The notes under the pieces were generated by a model, which was not told the origin of the DNA, did no database searches, and saw only the letters and a program-made list of their open reading frames with translations. A DNA stretch of 64,000 nucleotides from Escherichia phage KIT01: sequence record AP019521.1; one strand, 5' to 3'. Both the position numbers and the translations under genes were made by a program. This document shows, piece after piece, positions 54,685-63,979 of the stretch (the first letter of the stretch is position 1; every line of letters starts with the position of its first letter).

Positions 54685-55123
54685 AATCTACCACCACTAA
54701 ATTAATATCAGGAGTAAACAAATTAATCAATTGGTAAACCTTGTCCCAATCACCACCAGCAATACCACAACCAATGCGAGGGATATAAATTCTTGGTTTA
54801 AACAAAAGACCTTTTGCTTGTTGATTTAATTCTATCATACAGTTTACTAAAGCGCCGTAATCAAGATTAGGGCCTGGTTCGTATTGGGTATATAAATTAT
54901 AGCAAATTTGGCCATTATTACCTGTAGCTTGAGTAAACGTGCCAAGTTTTGCCAAATTACCTAAATAAGTAGTTTTATCGATAGCGAGAATAGGCGGATA
55001 AGCCTTAGCCAATTGCCCAGCTACACCTGAACCCATCGTGTGGAAACAGTTACACCCGTGTGCAACATTATTACCTTGAAGAAACAGGGCGACGATATCG
55101 CCCTTAATATAATCAATAATCAT
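54656..55123 (-). CDS. macrodomain (ADP-ribose binding/processing) protein
   Basis: 155 aa; N-terminal GDIVALFL..NNVAHGCNCFHTMGSGVAGQLA resembles macro domain GDIT..DAIVNAAN...GGGV signature. Confidence 0.5.
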   Translation of the reverse strand: MIIDYIKGDIVALFLQGNNVAHGCNCFHTMGSGVAGQLAKAYPPILAIDKTTYLGNLAKLGTFTQATGNNGQICYNLYTQYEPGPNLDYGALVNCMIELNQQAKGLLFKPRIYIPRIGCGIAGGDWDKVYQLINLFTPDINLVVVDYESPLPTSV

Positions 55124-55476
55124 TTAGAGTTTAATCCTCGATTGTATGAGTCAACGAGTCTGTCTACCATAGACGCGCACATTTCTTTGTACTTTTTATC
55201 AGATGGAATACATTCAGTAACGTTTAGACGTTGCTCGTATCTTTTAGAAAGGGTTTTCTCTTTCATTCGGCGATGCTCTACGTCGTTCTGGCCATCTTTA
55301 AAAGCAGCTGTGATTTTTGAACTGAATTCGATAATGCATTCAGTATTACTCGGATGACAATAATCTTTTGCTGTACGGGTAGCATACTCGACAATTGAAT
55401 TATTACTATCATCAACTTGTGACGCTAATACTCCCGGAGCAATCAACATAAGCGCTATAGTCATCTGCTTAATCAT
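55120..55476 (-). CDS. secreted protein
   Basis: 118 aa with signal peptide. Confidence 0.4.
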   Translation of the reverse strand: MIKQMTIALMLIAPGVLASQVDDSNNSIVEYATRTAKDYCHPSNTECIIEFSSKITAAFKDGQNDVEHRRMKEKTLSKRYEQRLNVTECIPSDKKYKEMCASMVDRLVDSYNRGLNSK

Positions 55477-56016
55477 TTAATACACCGCCTCAAACATCTT
55501 TTTAGATTTTAGGTAATTGGCCTTTTCTAGAACTTCAGAAGCATATTTACTGCCTGCTTTGACGTTCCAGCCTGCATTATAAGAAGCAATCGCTTTTCTC
55601 AGGTCACCTTTGTGAACATCAATCCAATAAGACAGTTCAATGTAGGCCCAAGAGGCACTGTTCTGTCGTTTTTGGACCATACGAATTATTTCTTTGTCTG
55701 ACATCTTCCAACCTACCTGTTGAACACGACTTCTTAACGTAGGCAAGTAATTTTGGAACATGCCATAAGCATGGTGCTTATCTTTATTTAAACCCTGATT
55801 AATTCCGGCGGATGATTCCTGCCATAGTAATCCGGCCATAATATATCCTAATCCTTTTTGATTAGGGTTTTCTTTGAACTTTCCCGACTTTTGGTATTGT
55901 TCACCGAAAGCATACGCATAATGTAAATTATCGAGTTGTTCATTACTGAAAGTAGGCTCTACGCTATAGGCAGACATACTAACTGTCAATAGTAAAGTGG
56001 CTAATACTTTTTTCAT
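55477..56016 (-). CDS. secreted lytic transglycosylase-like protein
   Basis: 179 aa; signal peptide; E-S (WQESS), GMFQ and SYNAG motifs typical of SLT domain. Confidence 0.5.
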   Translation of the reverse strand: MKKVLATLLLTVSMSAYSVEPTFSNEQLDNLHYAYAFGEQYQKSGKFKENPNQKGLGYIMAGLLWQESSAGINQGLNKDKHHAYGMFQNYLPTLRSRVQQVGWKMSDKEIIRMVQKRQNSASWAYIELSYWIDVHKGDLRKAIASYNAGWNVKAGSKYASEVLEKANYLKSKKMFEAVY

Positions 56017-56028
56017 GAGACCTCATTA

Positions 56029-56487
56029 TTAAAGATAGATTACTTTCGTGCTGGTTTTACCTTCTAAACGTTTAGAGTTAACAAATGCCATACGACATTT
56101 AAGGGAATATCCTTTATCAGGATGTTTACGGTCTACGGTCATACCCAACCATAAGGTTTTATCGGTAATTTCGAGACGCAACGGGCGATACACTTTACCA
56201 GGGACAATTTCGGATTCAACATCAGGCAGAGGTTCCTGGATTAAGAATTCATGAATTTCTTTAACATGGATATGGAGTTGCTTGAATAAAGCAAAAACGT
56301 ATTTTTCGTCGATTTCACGTTGGATAGCACGGTCCAACAAGTGATTAGAGTACTTAATAAAGAAGGCTGGGACTCCGCTCTTAATGGCGGCTTTTTTGAT
56401 GGACGCATTCAGTTCACGGAATTCGGTTTCGAACTGACGACGTAATTTGTTGCGGCGGATGAATACTTCTGAATTAATTTCTGACAT
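56029..56487 (-). CDS. regB: endoribonuclease RegB
   Basis: 152 aa; EVFIRRNKLRR.FE.EFR..N, HLLDRAIQREIDE.YVF, RLEITD..LWLG matches T4 RegB. Confidence 0.9.
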   Translation of the reverse strand: MSEINSEVFIRRNKLRRQFETEFRELNASIKKAAIKSGVPAFFIKYSNHLLDRAIQREIDEKYVFALFKQLHIHVKEIHEFLIQEPLPDVESEIVPGKVYRPLRLEITDKTLWLGMTVDRKHPDKGYSLKCRMAFVNSKRLEGKTSTKVIYL

Positions 56488-56493
56488 TTTGTA

Positions 56494-56544
56494 ATCTCCT
56501 GTAGATGATAGGTCTATAGTACCACGTCTACAGGAGATGTAAAC
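56494..56544 (-). promoter_or_regulatory. early promoter/stem-loop cassette upstream of regB
   Basis: gtaaac 56539-56544; 12-bp perfect inverted repeat 56494-56505 / 56527-56538 containing the regB SD. Confidence 0.6.
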
Positions 56545-56550
56545 TGCTTT

Positions 56551-56832
56551 TTAGTATTTCTCTTCAGGTCGGAAAACACCGCGACAAGCCCACATAGAAG
56601 CTTCTTTCAAACGGTCTTTGGCCTTAGACAGACAATCAGATGCAAAGAGTACCGGGTCCAACTCTTCTTCTGGGGTGGAAGAGCTGTTGGCTAGTCGATT
56701 ATATTCTTCGATAATCTCGTCTTCAAGCGCTTTAAAGATTAAACCCAATCGAACTTCAGCGTCTTTGATAGCATTCACTTTACTGATTTTATCGTCGGTA
56801 TGTGGTTTATAACCCTTGATATCTTCAATCAT
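56551..56832 (-). CDS. hypothetical protein
   Basis: 93-aa ORF. Confidence 0.4.
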   Translation of the reverse strand: MIEDIKGYKPHTDDKISKVNAIKDAEVRLGLIFKALEDEIIEEYNRLANSSSTPEEELDPVLFASDCLSKAKDRLKEASMWACRGVFRPEEKY

Positions 56833-57047
56833 TTCACTTCCTCATCAGATGCAATATCATATTCAACTAAATGAAGCCCATCATATCCACCACGAACAGA
56901 GATATATGTGTTTGGATAAACGGTTTCTTTACCATTCCATTGACCACTGTCCCAGCATTCCAGAAAGTCTTGTTCACCTTGGCCATGGAACCAATCAACA
57001 AACACCTTCAAAGCCTCATCAGAACCTTCAATAGTCAATTTAGACAT
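56829..57047 (-). CDS. hypothetical protein
   Basis: 72-aa ORF. Confidence 0.4.
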   Translation of the reverse strand: MSKLTIEGSDEALKVFVDWFHGQGEQDFLECWDSGQWNGKETVYPNTYISVRGGYDGLHLVEYDIASDEEVK

Positions 57048-57384
57048 ATTTTTTCCAGTCAGAAATCATATGAATCTCTTGGTCATAAGTCAAGAGACTG
57101 CGAGTAATAATACCCTTACAAGGCCCTGAGATGAACTCGAGGGTGAAGTAAGGAACCTGTTTCATTAATCGGATGCTTGGGGCATGGCATCTAAAACGAG
57201 AGCCCTTAAAGGGTCCTGTCATGAACACGTATTCTAGTGGATAGAAATAAGCATATTCGAAATTTTTAGTAAGGTCCTCTCTTCGAACCTTACGTGAGAA
57301 ATAACAGAACTCAAAAAGTTCTTCATCAGTCATCATTGCATTCCTATCACAAAGAACAGAGGCAAAGGCTTGTCGCCTTGGCAC
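57040..57384 (-). CDS. hypothetical protein
   Basis: 114-aa ORF. Confidence 0.4.
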   Translation of the reverse strand: MPRRQAFASVLCDRNAMMTDEELFEFCYFSRKVRREDLTKNFEYAYFYPLEYVFMTGPFKGSRFRCHAPSIRLMKQVPYFTLEFISGPCKGIITRSLLTYDQEIHMISDWKKYV

Positions 57385-57860
57385 ATAAATTTATTAATCA
57401 TTATCTGGTAAGCTTCGTAGAACTTATCCATCGCTGGAAGGCGCATCGGCTCTTCGATAATAATCAATAATCTAGTAACAGATAGTCCACGATACTTATG
57501 GAAATTGTCTTCATCAAGGAAACTGCGCACAGTATCATAGACAACAAAACCGGGACCTTCGACTTGGAGATGTGGGTGTGCCTTAGAAACCTGTTTTATT
57601 ATATTACAAATTTCTCGCGAGCGATGCGAACTACTTGACATAACAATCACATCATTACCTTTGGAAACCCAATCGGCTGCGAACTGAGCAAGGGCACTTG
57701 TTTTACCTGTTTGTCGACCACCATCAAGACGAAGAGTACCAAACTCTTGCATTCTTGAAGCAGGTTCATACCAGGTATATTGGTCTGAGTCTAAACGTTC
57801 AATGGCGCGTTCAGCGAAGGCGTGCATTAAGGTTAGATAAATAGGGGTTAAAAATTTCAT
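57333..57860 (-). CDS. P-loop NTPase-like protein
   Basis: 175 aa; GGRQTGKTSA Walker A-like, IIIEEP Walker B-like. Confidence 0.45.
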   Translation of the reverse strand: MKFLTPIYLTLMHAFAERAIERLDSDQYTWYEPASRMQEFGTLRLDGGRQTGKTSALAQFAADWVSKGNDVIVMSSSSHRSREICNIIKQVSKAHPHLQVEGPGFVVYDTVRSFLDEDNFHKYRGLSVTRLLIIIEEPMRLPAMDKFYEAYQIMINKFMCQGDKPLPLFFVIGMQ

Positions 57861-58021
57861 AGGTGTCTCTTAGTTGGTGGGGCCGTTCCTTGGCACATAA
57901 TTCATCCATGTATCCGTATGTAAACCCTTTACCGCACTTGGGCTCGACCTTATTACAGGTAGGGAAAGGTCCATCACTCAGAGGACGCGACGTTCATGAG
58001 GAGAGGGCCGGCTTGCCTTTA

Positions 58022-58321
58022 TTAGAAAGAACCAGAACCTTTAATTGTGTTCTGACGACCTTTATTTTCCAATTCGGAGTGGTCGATTTCATATGCTTGT
58101 GCTACGCCAAAGGCCTTTTTAACTTTAGCTAAAGAACCTTTAGATGTAACAATATTAAAAGTATTACCTTTGGTAAAATCAACCAAATCCACTTGTACAC
58201 CCTGCTTGCCGAGGCTTGCTACAATAGCATCAACATATTGTTGGTCTAAAGTACCTTGGACGCCAATTTGAAATGCTTTAGGAGCTTTGGCTTCTGTAAT
58301 AAATTCTTGATAAGTTTTCAT
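58022..58321 (-). CDS. internal protein (IP-like) with capsid targeting sequence
   Basis: N-terminus MKTYQEFITEA = T4 IP capsid-targeting leader MKTYQEFIAE. Confidence 0.7.
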   Translation of the reverse strand: MKTYQEFITEAKAPKAFQIGVQGTLDQQYVDAIVASLGKQGVQVDLVDFTKGNTFNIVTSKGSLAKVKKAFGVAQAYEIDHSELENKGRQNTIKGSGSF

Positions 58322-58329
58322 ATTAAGCC

Positions 58330-58689
58330 TTAAAGATGGTCTAGTGCTGGGTTATGAGGTTTTTCTGCTTTAGTAGTGTTTTTATGCCAATCTGATTTAG
58401 AAACACGGATGGCATCAGCGCCATAAGAACTCTTAAGGAGACCTTTTTTATTGTACACGCTTATTGAAGTAAGAGAATCACCATTCCATGTAGCATGAAT
58501 GAAGTTAGATTTAGATTTAAGTTCTTTAGCCAAGCTCTGGTTAGTGGCCATGGAAGCAAAGTCTTTACCTGTAACTTTAAAAACTTCAGATGGGTTCAGC
58601 CCTTCTTTAGCCTTAGCCAATTGTTCAGGAGACATAGCTTCGTTAATGCGCTGAGTAGATTCAGTAATAAATTGTTGGTAAGTTTTCAT
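58330..58689 (-). CDS. internal protein (IP-like) with capsid targeting sequence
   Basis: N-terminus MKTYQQFITES. Confidence 0.7.
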   Translation of the reverse strand: MKTYQQFITESTQRINEAMSPEQLAKAKEGLNPSEVFKVTGKDFASMATNQSLAKELKSKSNFIHATWNGDSLTSISVYNKKGLLKSSYGADAIRVSKSDWHKNTTKAEKPHNPALDHL

Positions 58690-58731
58690 ATTATTCCTTA
58701 AGTTGATAGAAGTATTCTATCACGGATTTAA

Positions 58732-59148
58732 TTAAGCGTAAATAGCCTTGCCGTAATGTTTGTACCAGGTAGGACGCTGTGCAATTTTTTCGTCCAAACG
58801 GGCTTGTGAAATGGCGATAGAAGCTTCGTGTGGAGTATAATCACCACGGAATTCCTGAGGAATATCACTAATGTCCTGGACCGTAGTATCCTTGATATTA
58901 AAACCACGTTTTAAACATTCCGCTATAAGCTCGATTTGACGTTTACGTAAAAACTCAAGCTTATCATAAAAGAAAGTAACATGGCCTGTACCAAGGATAA
59001 AAGTAGAGCTAATTTTAAAATCACGAACACGTTTACCATTAGCAACATGCTTACGAACTGCACCGAAAACACGTGGCAATTCACGATATTCAGCCATTAA
59101 GTGTTGGTCAGCCAATTCAGATACTAAGGTAAGGTTGATACGAGTCAT
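58732..59148 (-). CDS. denV: endonuclease V (pyrimidine dimer DNA glycosylase)
   Basis: start set at [34 protein letters not shown], essentially identical to T4 endo V; 138 aa. Confidence 0.92.
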   Translation of the reverse strand: MTRINLTLVSELADQHLMAEYRELPRVFGAVRKHVANGKRVRDFKISSTFILGTGHVTFFYDKLEFLRKRQIELIAECLKRGFNIKDTTVQDISDIPQEFRGDYTPHEASIAISQARLDEKIAQRPTWYKHYGKAIYA

Positions 59149-59208
59149 TTTAGTGTTCTCCATGTTTGTATGAGAACACTATATCACAGCTATTGTAAAA
59201 GTAAACTG

Positions 59209-59511
59209 TTATTTAGCTTTAATTGCTTTAGCTGCTTCGGTAGCCGCTTGCTGAAGGTCATCCATAGACATACCGAACTTAGAAGCAAAGTTATCAATTT
59301 TCTTTTCGACAGAATTCAAAGGCTTGGCCTGTTTACCTTCATTAGCGCCCGGGAGAGCGAGAATACGCTCTTTGTCAATATAAAGGCTTACAAGTTTCTT
59401 ACGGTCTTTATCCGACAAATCATGAAATGAATGGGCCTTTTTATTTACAGCGGCTTCTAATTTACCTGCGGTTACGCGGGCTTCAGTGATAAATTCTTGA
59501 TAGGTTTTCAT
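59209..59511 (-). CDS. internal protein (IP-like) with capsid targeting sequence
   Basis: N-terminus MKTYQEFITEA. Confidence 0.7.
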   Translation of the reverse strand: MKTYQEFITEARVTAGKLEAAVNKKAHSFHDLSDKDRKKLVSLYIDKERILALPGANEGKQAKPLNSVEKKIDNFASKFGMSMDDLQQAATEAAKAIKAK

Positions 59512-59559
59512 ATGTTTCCTTAAAGGTAAATATTTTAATTGGTATGTTCAAGTAACTGT

Positions 59560-59592
59560 AGATATACTATCACAATTCTAGGAGATGTAAAC
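59560..59592 (-). promoter_or_regulatory. early promoter upstream of IP-like gene
   Basis: gtaaac 59587-59592, 17-nt spacer, TAGTAT. Confidence 0.5.
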
Positions 59593-59991
59593 TTATTTGT
59601 AGGTTTTCATCCAATTCTTGAACAAAGCCGCGACGTCTTTCTCTTTAACGTTCAGTTTAACGTCCAACATTTTACCACCCGCTGCTCTCGTTTGGCGAAT
59701 CTTAGCAGTACCGGTTTCACCATTCCACTCAACATAATACTGTCCAGTGTTCATTGCAATACCATCACCATAGTCTTCATTTTTAGAAGTGGTGAATGCC
59801 AGCTTCATAGTCTTAGATACACGAGCCTGCATGCCTGTCTGAAGGGCATTACGAACTCGAATAACCTGAGGAGTGGCCTGGGTCAGGTTCTCATTCAGTT
59901 CTTCAGTGAACTCTTCGGATTCGAACATCGCCAAAAGTTCTTTAGATGCAGGAATTACATTCTCTGCGATAAATTCATTATAAGTTTTCAT
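59593..59991 (-). CDS. internal protein (IP-like) with capsid targeting sequence
   Basis: N-terminus [11 protein letters not shown]. Confidence 0.7.
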   Translation of the reverse strand: MKTYNEFIAENVIPASKELLAMFESEEFTEELNENLTQATPQVIRVRNALQTGMQARVSKTMKLAFTTSKNEDYGDGIAMNTGQYYVEWNGETGTAKIRQTRAAGGKMLDVKLNVKEKDVAALFKNWMKTYK

Positions 59992-60472
59992 ATGCTTTCC
60001 AAGTACCTGTTTTAAATGTAGAAATCACGCGCTTAGCACGATTAGGAGTTTGTTTATACCAACGGGATTGAGCCAGGTTAACTGCCGCATCGTTCCAACG
60101 TTTCTGTCGGAGCATACGTAAAGAGTTAGTGAACCCTGCTACACCTGCTTCACCCATTTGGAAGACCATGTTAATTAAAGCACAACGACGAACTTCGTCC
60201 AATACATCGTAAACAGGTTTCAATTTAGGATTACGCAGAATAGCTCTACGAGCATTTTCAACCGATCGGTTAAAGAGTTGTTCAGCTTCAGCCATAGTAA
60301 TACGTCCATTGCAAACTCGACCCATAAGCTTATCAAGTTCAGCCCGAGCAACATCTTTAGAAGGATTCTTAGTAATCAATTGGCCAATACCAATAGTCCA
60401 ATAACCTTCGGTGTCTTTATAAAGATTTAAATCAAGACCTTCGTCTTGACGTAACATATCAAAAATATCCAT
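59978..60472 (-). CDS. e: lysozyme (endolysin)
   Basis: 164 aa; collinear with T4 lysozyme ([23 protein letters not shown], catalytic E11/D20/T26 context, [25 protein letters not shown]). Confidence 0.95.
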   Translation of the reverse strand: MDIFDMLRQDEGLDLNLYKDTEGYWTIGIGQLITKNPSKDVARAELDKLMGRVCNGRITMAEAEQLFNRSVENARRAILRNPKLKPVYDVLDEVRRCALINMVFQMGEAGVAGFTNSLRMLRQKRWNDAAVNLAQSRWYKQTPNRAKRVISTFKTGTWKAYENL

Positions 60473-60505
60473 AATACCTCCTGAGTATAGGAGGTATTTA
60501 TATCA
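60470..60505 (-). promoter_or_regulatory. late promoter TATAAATA plus SD-sequestering hairpin for lysozyme gene e
   Basis: minus strand reads TATAAATACCTCCTATACTCAGGAGGTATTATG: arms ACCTCC / GGAGGT pair across the SD. Confidence 0.6.
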
Positions 60506-60952
60506 AAAGAGCGAATCTAAAACCTTAAACATCGACGGGCCCATGACATATTCCCATTGCGGACGTTTAATCAAAGCAAAAGCATCGAATTCAGGAATCG
60601 TGCGACCATCAGGGAACGTATGGTAAGCTGTACATTTGCAATCCTTGAACTGCTCGTGTTCCACAGGCACCGTATATAAGAACAGGTGTAGATTCTTATT
60701 GCTTGAATATTTGAACTCACCTAGGTCTTTCAGGAACGCAGGATCGTATGCTGTGAATCCAATCTCTTCTTCGGTTTCACGCATTGCCGCTTGAATAGGC
60801 TCTTCGCCTGGTTCGACATGACCTTTAGGAATGTCCCATTTATGACGCATATTCTCTGGATTACGAGAGCCTGTTACACGACCCATAACTAGTTCTTTAT
60901 CAACGGTCATGAACAAAATACCTGCCGATAATTCCTTAGCTTTCTTACTCAT
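60503..60952 (-). CDS. nudE: Nudix hydrolase
   Basis: 149 aa; Nudix box GHVEPGEEPIQAAMRETEEEIG. Confidence 0.8.
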   Translation of the reverse strand: MSKKAKELSAGILFMTVDKELVMGRVTGSRNPENMRHKWDIPKGHVEPGEEPIQAAMRETEEEIGFTAYDPAFLKDLGEFKYSSNKNLHLFLYTVPVEHEQFKDCKCTAYHTFPDGRTIPEFDAFALIKRPQWEYVMGPSMFKVLDSLF

Positions 60953-60972
60953 CGTCTCGTTCCCATGATTGT

Positions 60973-61182
60973 TTAAAAAATATCTCGTATAATAATTTCA
61001 ACACATGTTTCTGTTGACGGACTTTCACTATCAGATATTTGGACCATATAATCAGAAATAGGTCGGAACATATCCAAGTCGCTTTCTAAATCTTCTTTGA
61101 TTTTCTCTTCTGATGTTCCGGTATCATAGGAATACAGGTAAGAATCACATGACTCAGATTTAATATAAATTGCAATACTCAT
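60973..61182 (-). CDS. hypothetical protein
   Basis: 69-aa acidic ORF. Confidence 0.4.
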   Translation of the reverse strand: MSIAIYIKSESCDSYLYSYDTGTSEEKIKEDLESDLDMFRPISDYMVQISDSESPSTETCVEIIIRDIF

Positions 61183-61766
61183 TTACGGCATTCCTTAATA
61201 AAAGAGTTTAATGTATTTTTCTTGGTGATATCATCATATACCTTTTTAACTTTAGAAATACGAAAAGGTACTTCAATAACGGAGGTCCATAAAAATGATG
61301 CGATAAGACCTAAGATAGCAGCAGACATCGCTGAAGCGAATACACAAATAGGCAGGTCATTATCTGTTGTCAGGAAAAACCCTAGGAGTAGGAAAAATAA
61401 TATACCCATCCAAACATAGAATCTAGAACTCACCAATTTGTCGTATTCATCACTCCAGGCACGGAAGCCGTATTTTTTGCTATAACAAATCAATGGGTCT
61501 GGAGTCTGTTCTTTATGTGGTTCTGGTTGCCAGCCGTTTACGATATAGCCCATTTTATATTCCTCAATTAAAAGCCGTTTCATTTCGGCAGTACAACCTG
61601 ACCAATCTATTGTACTGGCTGAAATTCCTTCATCACCGTCATCGATATTTCGCCAGGACTTTTTAATAATCATAGTCTCACCACTTGGGATAATAATTCC
61701 GGCATTTTCCGACCGACGGATGAAGTTTGCATCAATACCCATACACCCAGGTTCATAAAGGGCCAT
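61179..61766 (-). CDS. membrane protein
   Basis: 195 aa; two C-terminal hydrophobic helices. Confidence 0.45.
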   Translation of the reverse strand: MALYEPGCMGIDANFIRRSENAGIIIPSGETMIIKKSWRNIDDGDEGISASTIDWSGCTAEMKRLLIEEYKMGYIVNGWQPEPHKEQTPDPLICYSKKYGFRAWSDEYDKLVSSRFYVWMGILFFLLLGFFLTTDNDLPICVFASAMSAAILGLIASFLWTSVIEVPFRISKVKKVYDDITKKNTLNSFIKECRK

Positions 61767-62455
61767 TACCAGCCCTCCATAGGGAATTCCAGATATACTT
61801 GAGCATTAACACGGATTTCATTAGTAATCTTTTTAACACGGTCTGTATTACGAGACACACGACCAAACCAGCGCCAACCGTTACTTACTGCACGAGAACC
61901 TGTATGCCATGTCTGCCAATCAAACTGGAGCAACGTGCGGTCAGGAGCATCCCACTTGGTTAATTCATTGGACTCAATTTTTTCCAGAACTTCTTTATGC
62001 CACTGGCGATAGATAAGTTCGCCTTCAGGAATCTGACTGAACTGTGCAGTTCCGGTTGCAAAATGAGTAGGACACACATCAGCGTTAACAAGACCAAGAA
62101 TATGTTCAGAATGGTATCGAGGATTATCATAATCAGGTTGCCCTGCGGTAATAAAGTGTTGACCAACCGGAATATCCGGACGTGGTACATCATCATGGTG
62201 GAAGCCTGGAATTGCAGGGTACCAGCCAGGCATTAACATGTGTACACGGGAATCAAATACAATATCAGGGCCACATTGCCAATCTTCAGGCAGGTTTTCA
62301 ATAAAGCTACGAGTAATAGGACCACCGTGTTTATGAGCAAAATAAGCATCGCAATTAAAGAACATAGGCTCATTTTTAATCATACCATTACTGATATCTT
62401 GAGCAAAATTACCTACTATAGAAGCTTTAGAATTAAAAGTTTTCGGACCGTTCAT
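61766..62455 (-). CDS. hypothetical protein (possible metal-dependent enzyme; His-rich motifs)
   Basis: 229 aa; GFHHDDVP ... YHSEH ... FGRVSR could be an HxD..H..RxS 2OG-Fe(II) oxygenase-like arrangement but this is speculative. Confidence 0.4.
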   Translation of the reverse strand: MNGPKTFNSKASIVGNFAQDISNGMIKNEPMFFNCDAYFAHKHGGPITRSFIENLPEDWQCGPDIVFDSRVHMLMPGWYPAIPGFHHDDVPRPDIPVGQHFITAGQPDYDNPRYHSEHILGLVNADVCPTHFATGTAQFSQIPEGELIYRQWHKEVLEKIESNELTKWDAPDRTLLQFDWQTWHTGSRAVSNGWRWFGRVSRNTDRVKKITNEIRVNAQVYLEFPMEGW

Positions 62456-62469
62456 AATATTTTCCTCAC

Positions 62470-62682
62470 TTACTTTTTGTTGAAAAAGTACATTTTACCT
62501 TTAGGAGATAAGGATACACGAAGTGCGTTACCAATACCAACTGAACATTTAACCAGGTCAGCAGATTTCAATTCACCAAATGCTTGACGAAGGTCACCAT
62601 CACGAGTGTTAACCATCAGGCATTTAGCACCAGCTGCACGAACTTCGTTTAACATGTTGATTGCTTGGTTAGAAAGTTTCAT
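62470..62682 (-). CDS. hypothetical protein
   Basis: start set at MKLSNQ after GGAGAA, downstream of promoter cassette. Confidence 0.4.
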   Translation of the reverse strand: MKLSNQAINMLNEVRAAGAKCLMVNTRDGDLRQAFGELKSADLVKCSVGIGNALRVSLSPKGKMYFFNKK

Positions 62683-62704
62683 TTTATTCTCCATTTCACT
62701 CTGT

Positions 62705-62750
62705 TGTTTTGATAGGTCTATAGTATCACACCTATAGACCTTGTACACTG
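62705..62750 (-). promoter_or_regulatory. early promoter cassette, variant -35
   Basis: ttgataggtctatagtatca core; -35 reads GTGTAC rather than GTTTAC. Confidence 0.4.
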
Positions 62751-62760
62751 TTTTGTGCAA

Positions 62761-63720
62761 TTATTTTTCGAAAGGACGAATTAAATGATGGTTATCTTGG
62801 AAACGCTTGATGTAGTCGTTTTCACCTAAAGTCTTGTACATATTAACCACAGCTTGGTAGTTTTCCCAGGCGTACTCACGGAACCAACCTGAAGTGATTG
62901 AGGTACACACTTTCTCAAGGGCCATATAGAAACTTAATGATGGTGAAATATTGAAGTCATTAGGAACCTGTGAACGTTCTAGGGCAAGGACACAAGTTTC
63001 TTCATACACGCCAGCCAATTTAATAGCTTCAGGCAAAGCCTCGAACTTCTCACGAGAGGTCATGACTTCAGAACCTTCCTTCATATAAAAGGTATATGCA
63101 GGGCGCCCTGCCAATGCTACTGCTTCATGAATAGAGTCATGGTCCAGCGTATAAATGGTATCATTAAAGAATGATGATTTGTTTACGTCCAATTTAGGGT
63201 GGGAATAGCTCAACGTTTCTTTTTGACGCTGCAGCATAATTTCCTGGAGTTCTTCGTTCAGGGTGATACCTTTATTACGAAGGTATTTGATGTGGGACAT
63301 AGTTTTCAGGAAGAACGGAGTATTCTTCAGGAAACGATGAGAGGTTTTGATAGCCAGACAGATATCAGGCGTAGCCCAATAGAAACCTGTAAGACGGTCC
63401 TTTTTAATATGATTTTCGGCATATTTCAAAAGACGATAACTTGAGGTGAAATCTTCGTCTTGAAGCTCACCGGTGATTTCGCGTACATTAGTCAGAGCAC
63501 GAACGATATAAGCTTCAAAATAGGTTTCTTTACCATTATGCATACATTTGAAAGCCTGGACATCAGGATTGTCAACGTGTACATGGGCACCGAACATCCG
63601 AGCTTTAAAGTGATTCCATGAGCCTTGGTCGGCAATGAAATCCCAATCAGAATTTTCGATTTGCTTACTTTCAATCAGGCCAGCGTGGTGCAGTGCACGA
63701 GAACCAATAACTAACATCAT
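62761..63720 (-). CDS. hypothetical protein
   Basis: start MMLVIGSR after GAGGAAAA SD; 320 aa. Confidence 0.45.
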   Translation of the reverse strand: MMLVIGSRALHHAGLIESKQIENSDWDFIADQGSWNHFKARMFGAHVHVDNPDVQAFKCMHNGKETYFEAYIVRALTNVREITGELQDEDFTSSYRLLKYAENHIKKDRLTGFYWATPDICLAIKTSHRFLKNTPFFLKTMSHIKYLRNKGITLNEELQEIMLQRQKETLSYSHPKLDVNKSSFFNDTIYTLDHDSIHEAVALAGRPAYTFYMKEGSEVMTSREKFEALPEAIKLAGVYEETCVLALERSQVPNDFNISPSLSFYMALEKVCTSITSGWFREYAWENYQAVVNMYKTLGENDYIKRFQDNHHLIRPFEK

Positions 63721-63739
63721 AATATTTTCCTCATTAAAC

Positions 63740-63979
63740 TTAAATTTCAGCAACGTAATCGTTATGCAATTCCCACATATCATCAGAATTATTCTTAATG
63801 ATAGGAATTATCTCATTAGAGATTTCTTCTGCATAAGGGTCATTGATACAGTGAGCATCTTCAAAACGAACACCGTAATCAGACTTCTTATAGGCAAAGC
63901 CATAAATCTTTTTAAACTTGGCACGGGTAATGCGTACCGGTTCATTAGACTTATCAGACAACGGAGAGTAATACCACAT
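63740..63979 (-). CDS. hypothetical protein
   Basis: 79-aa ORF with GAGGAG SD. Confidence 0.4.
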   Translation of the reverse strand: MWYYSPLSDKSNEPVRITRAKFKKIYGFAYKKSDYGVRFEDAHCINDPYAEEISNEIIPIIKNNSDDMWELHNDYVAEI

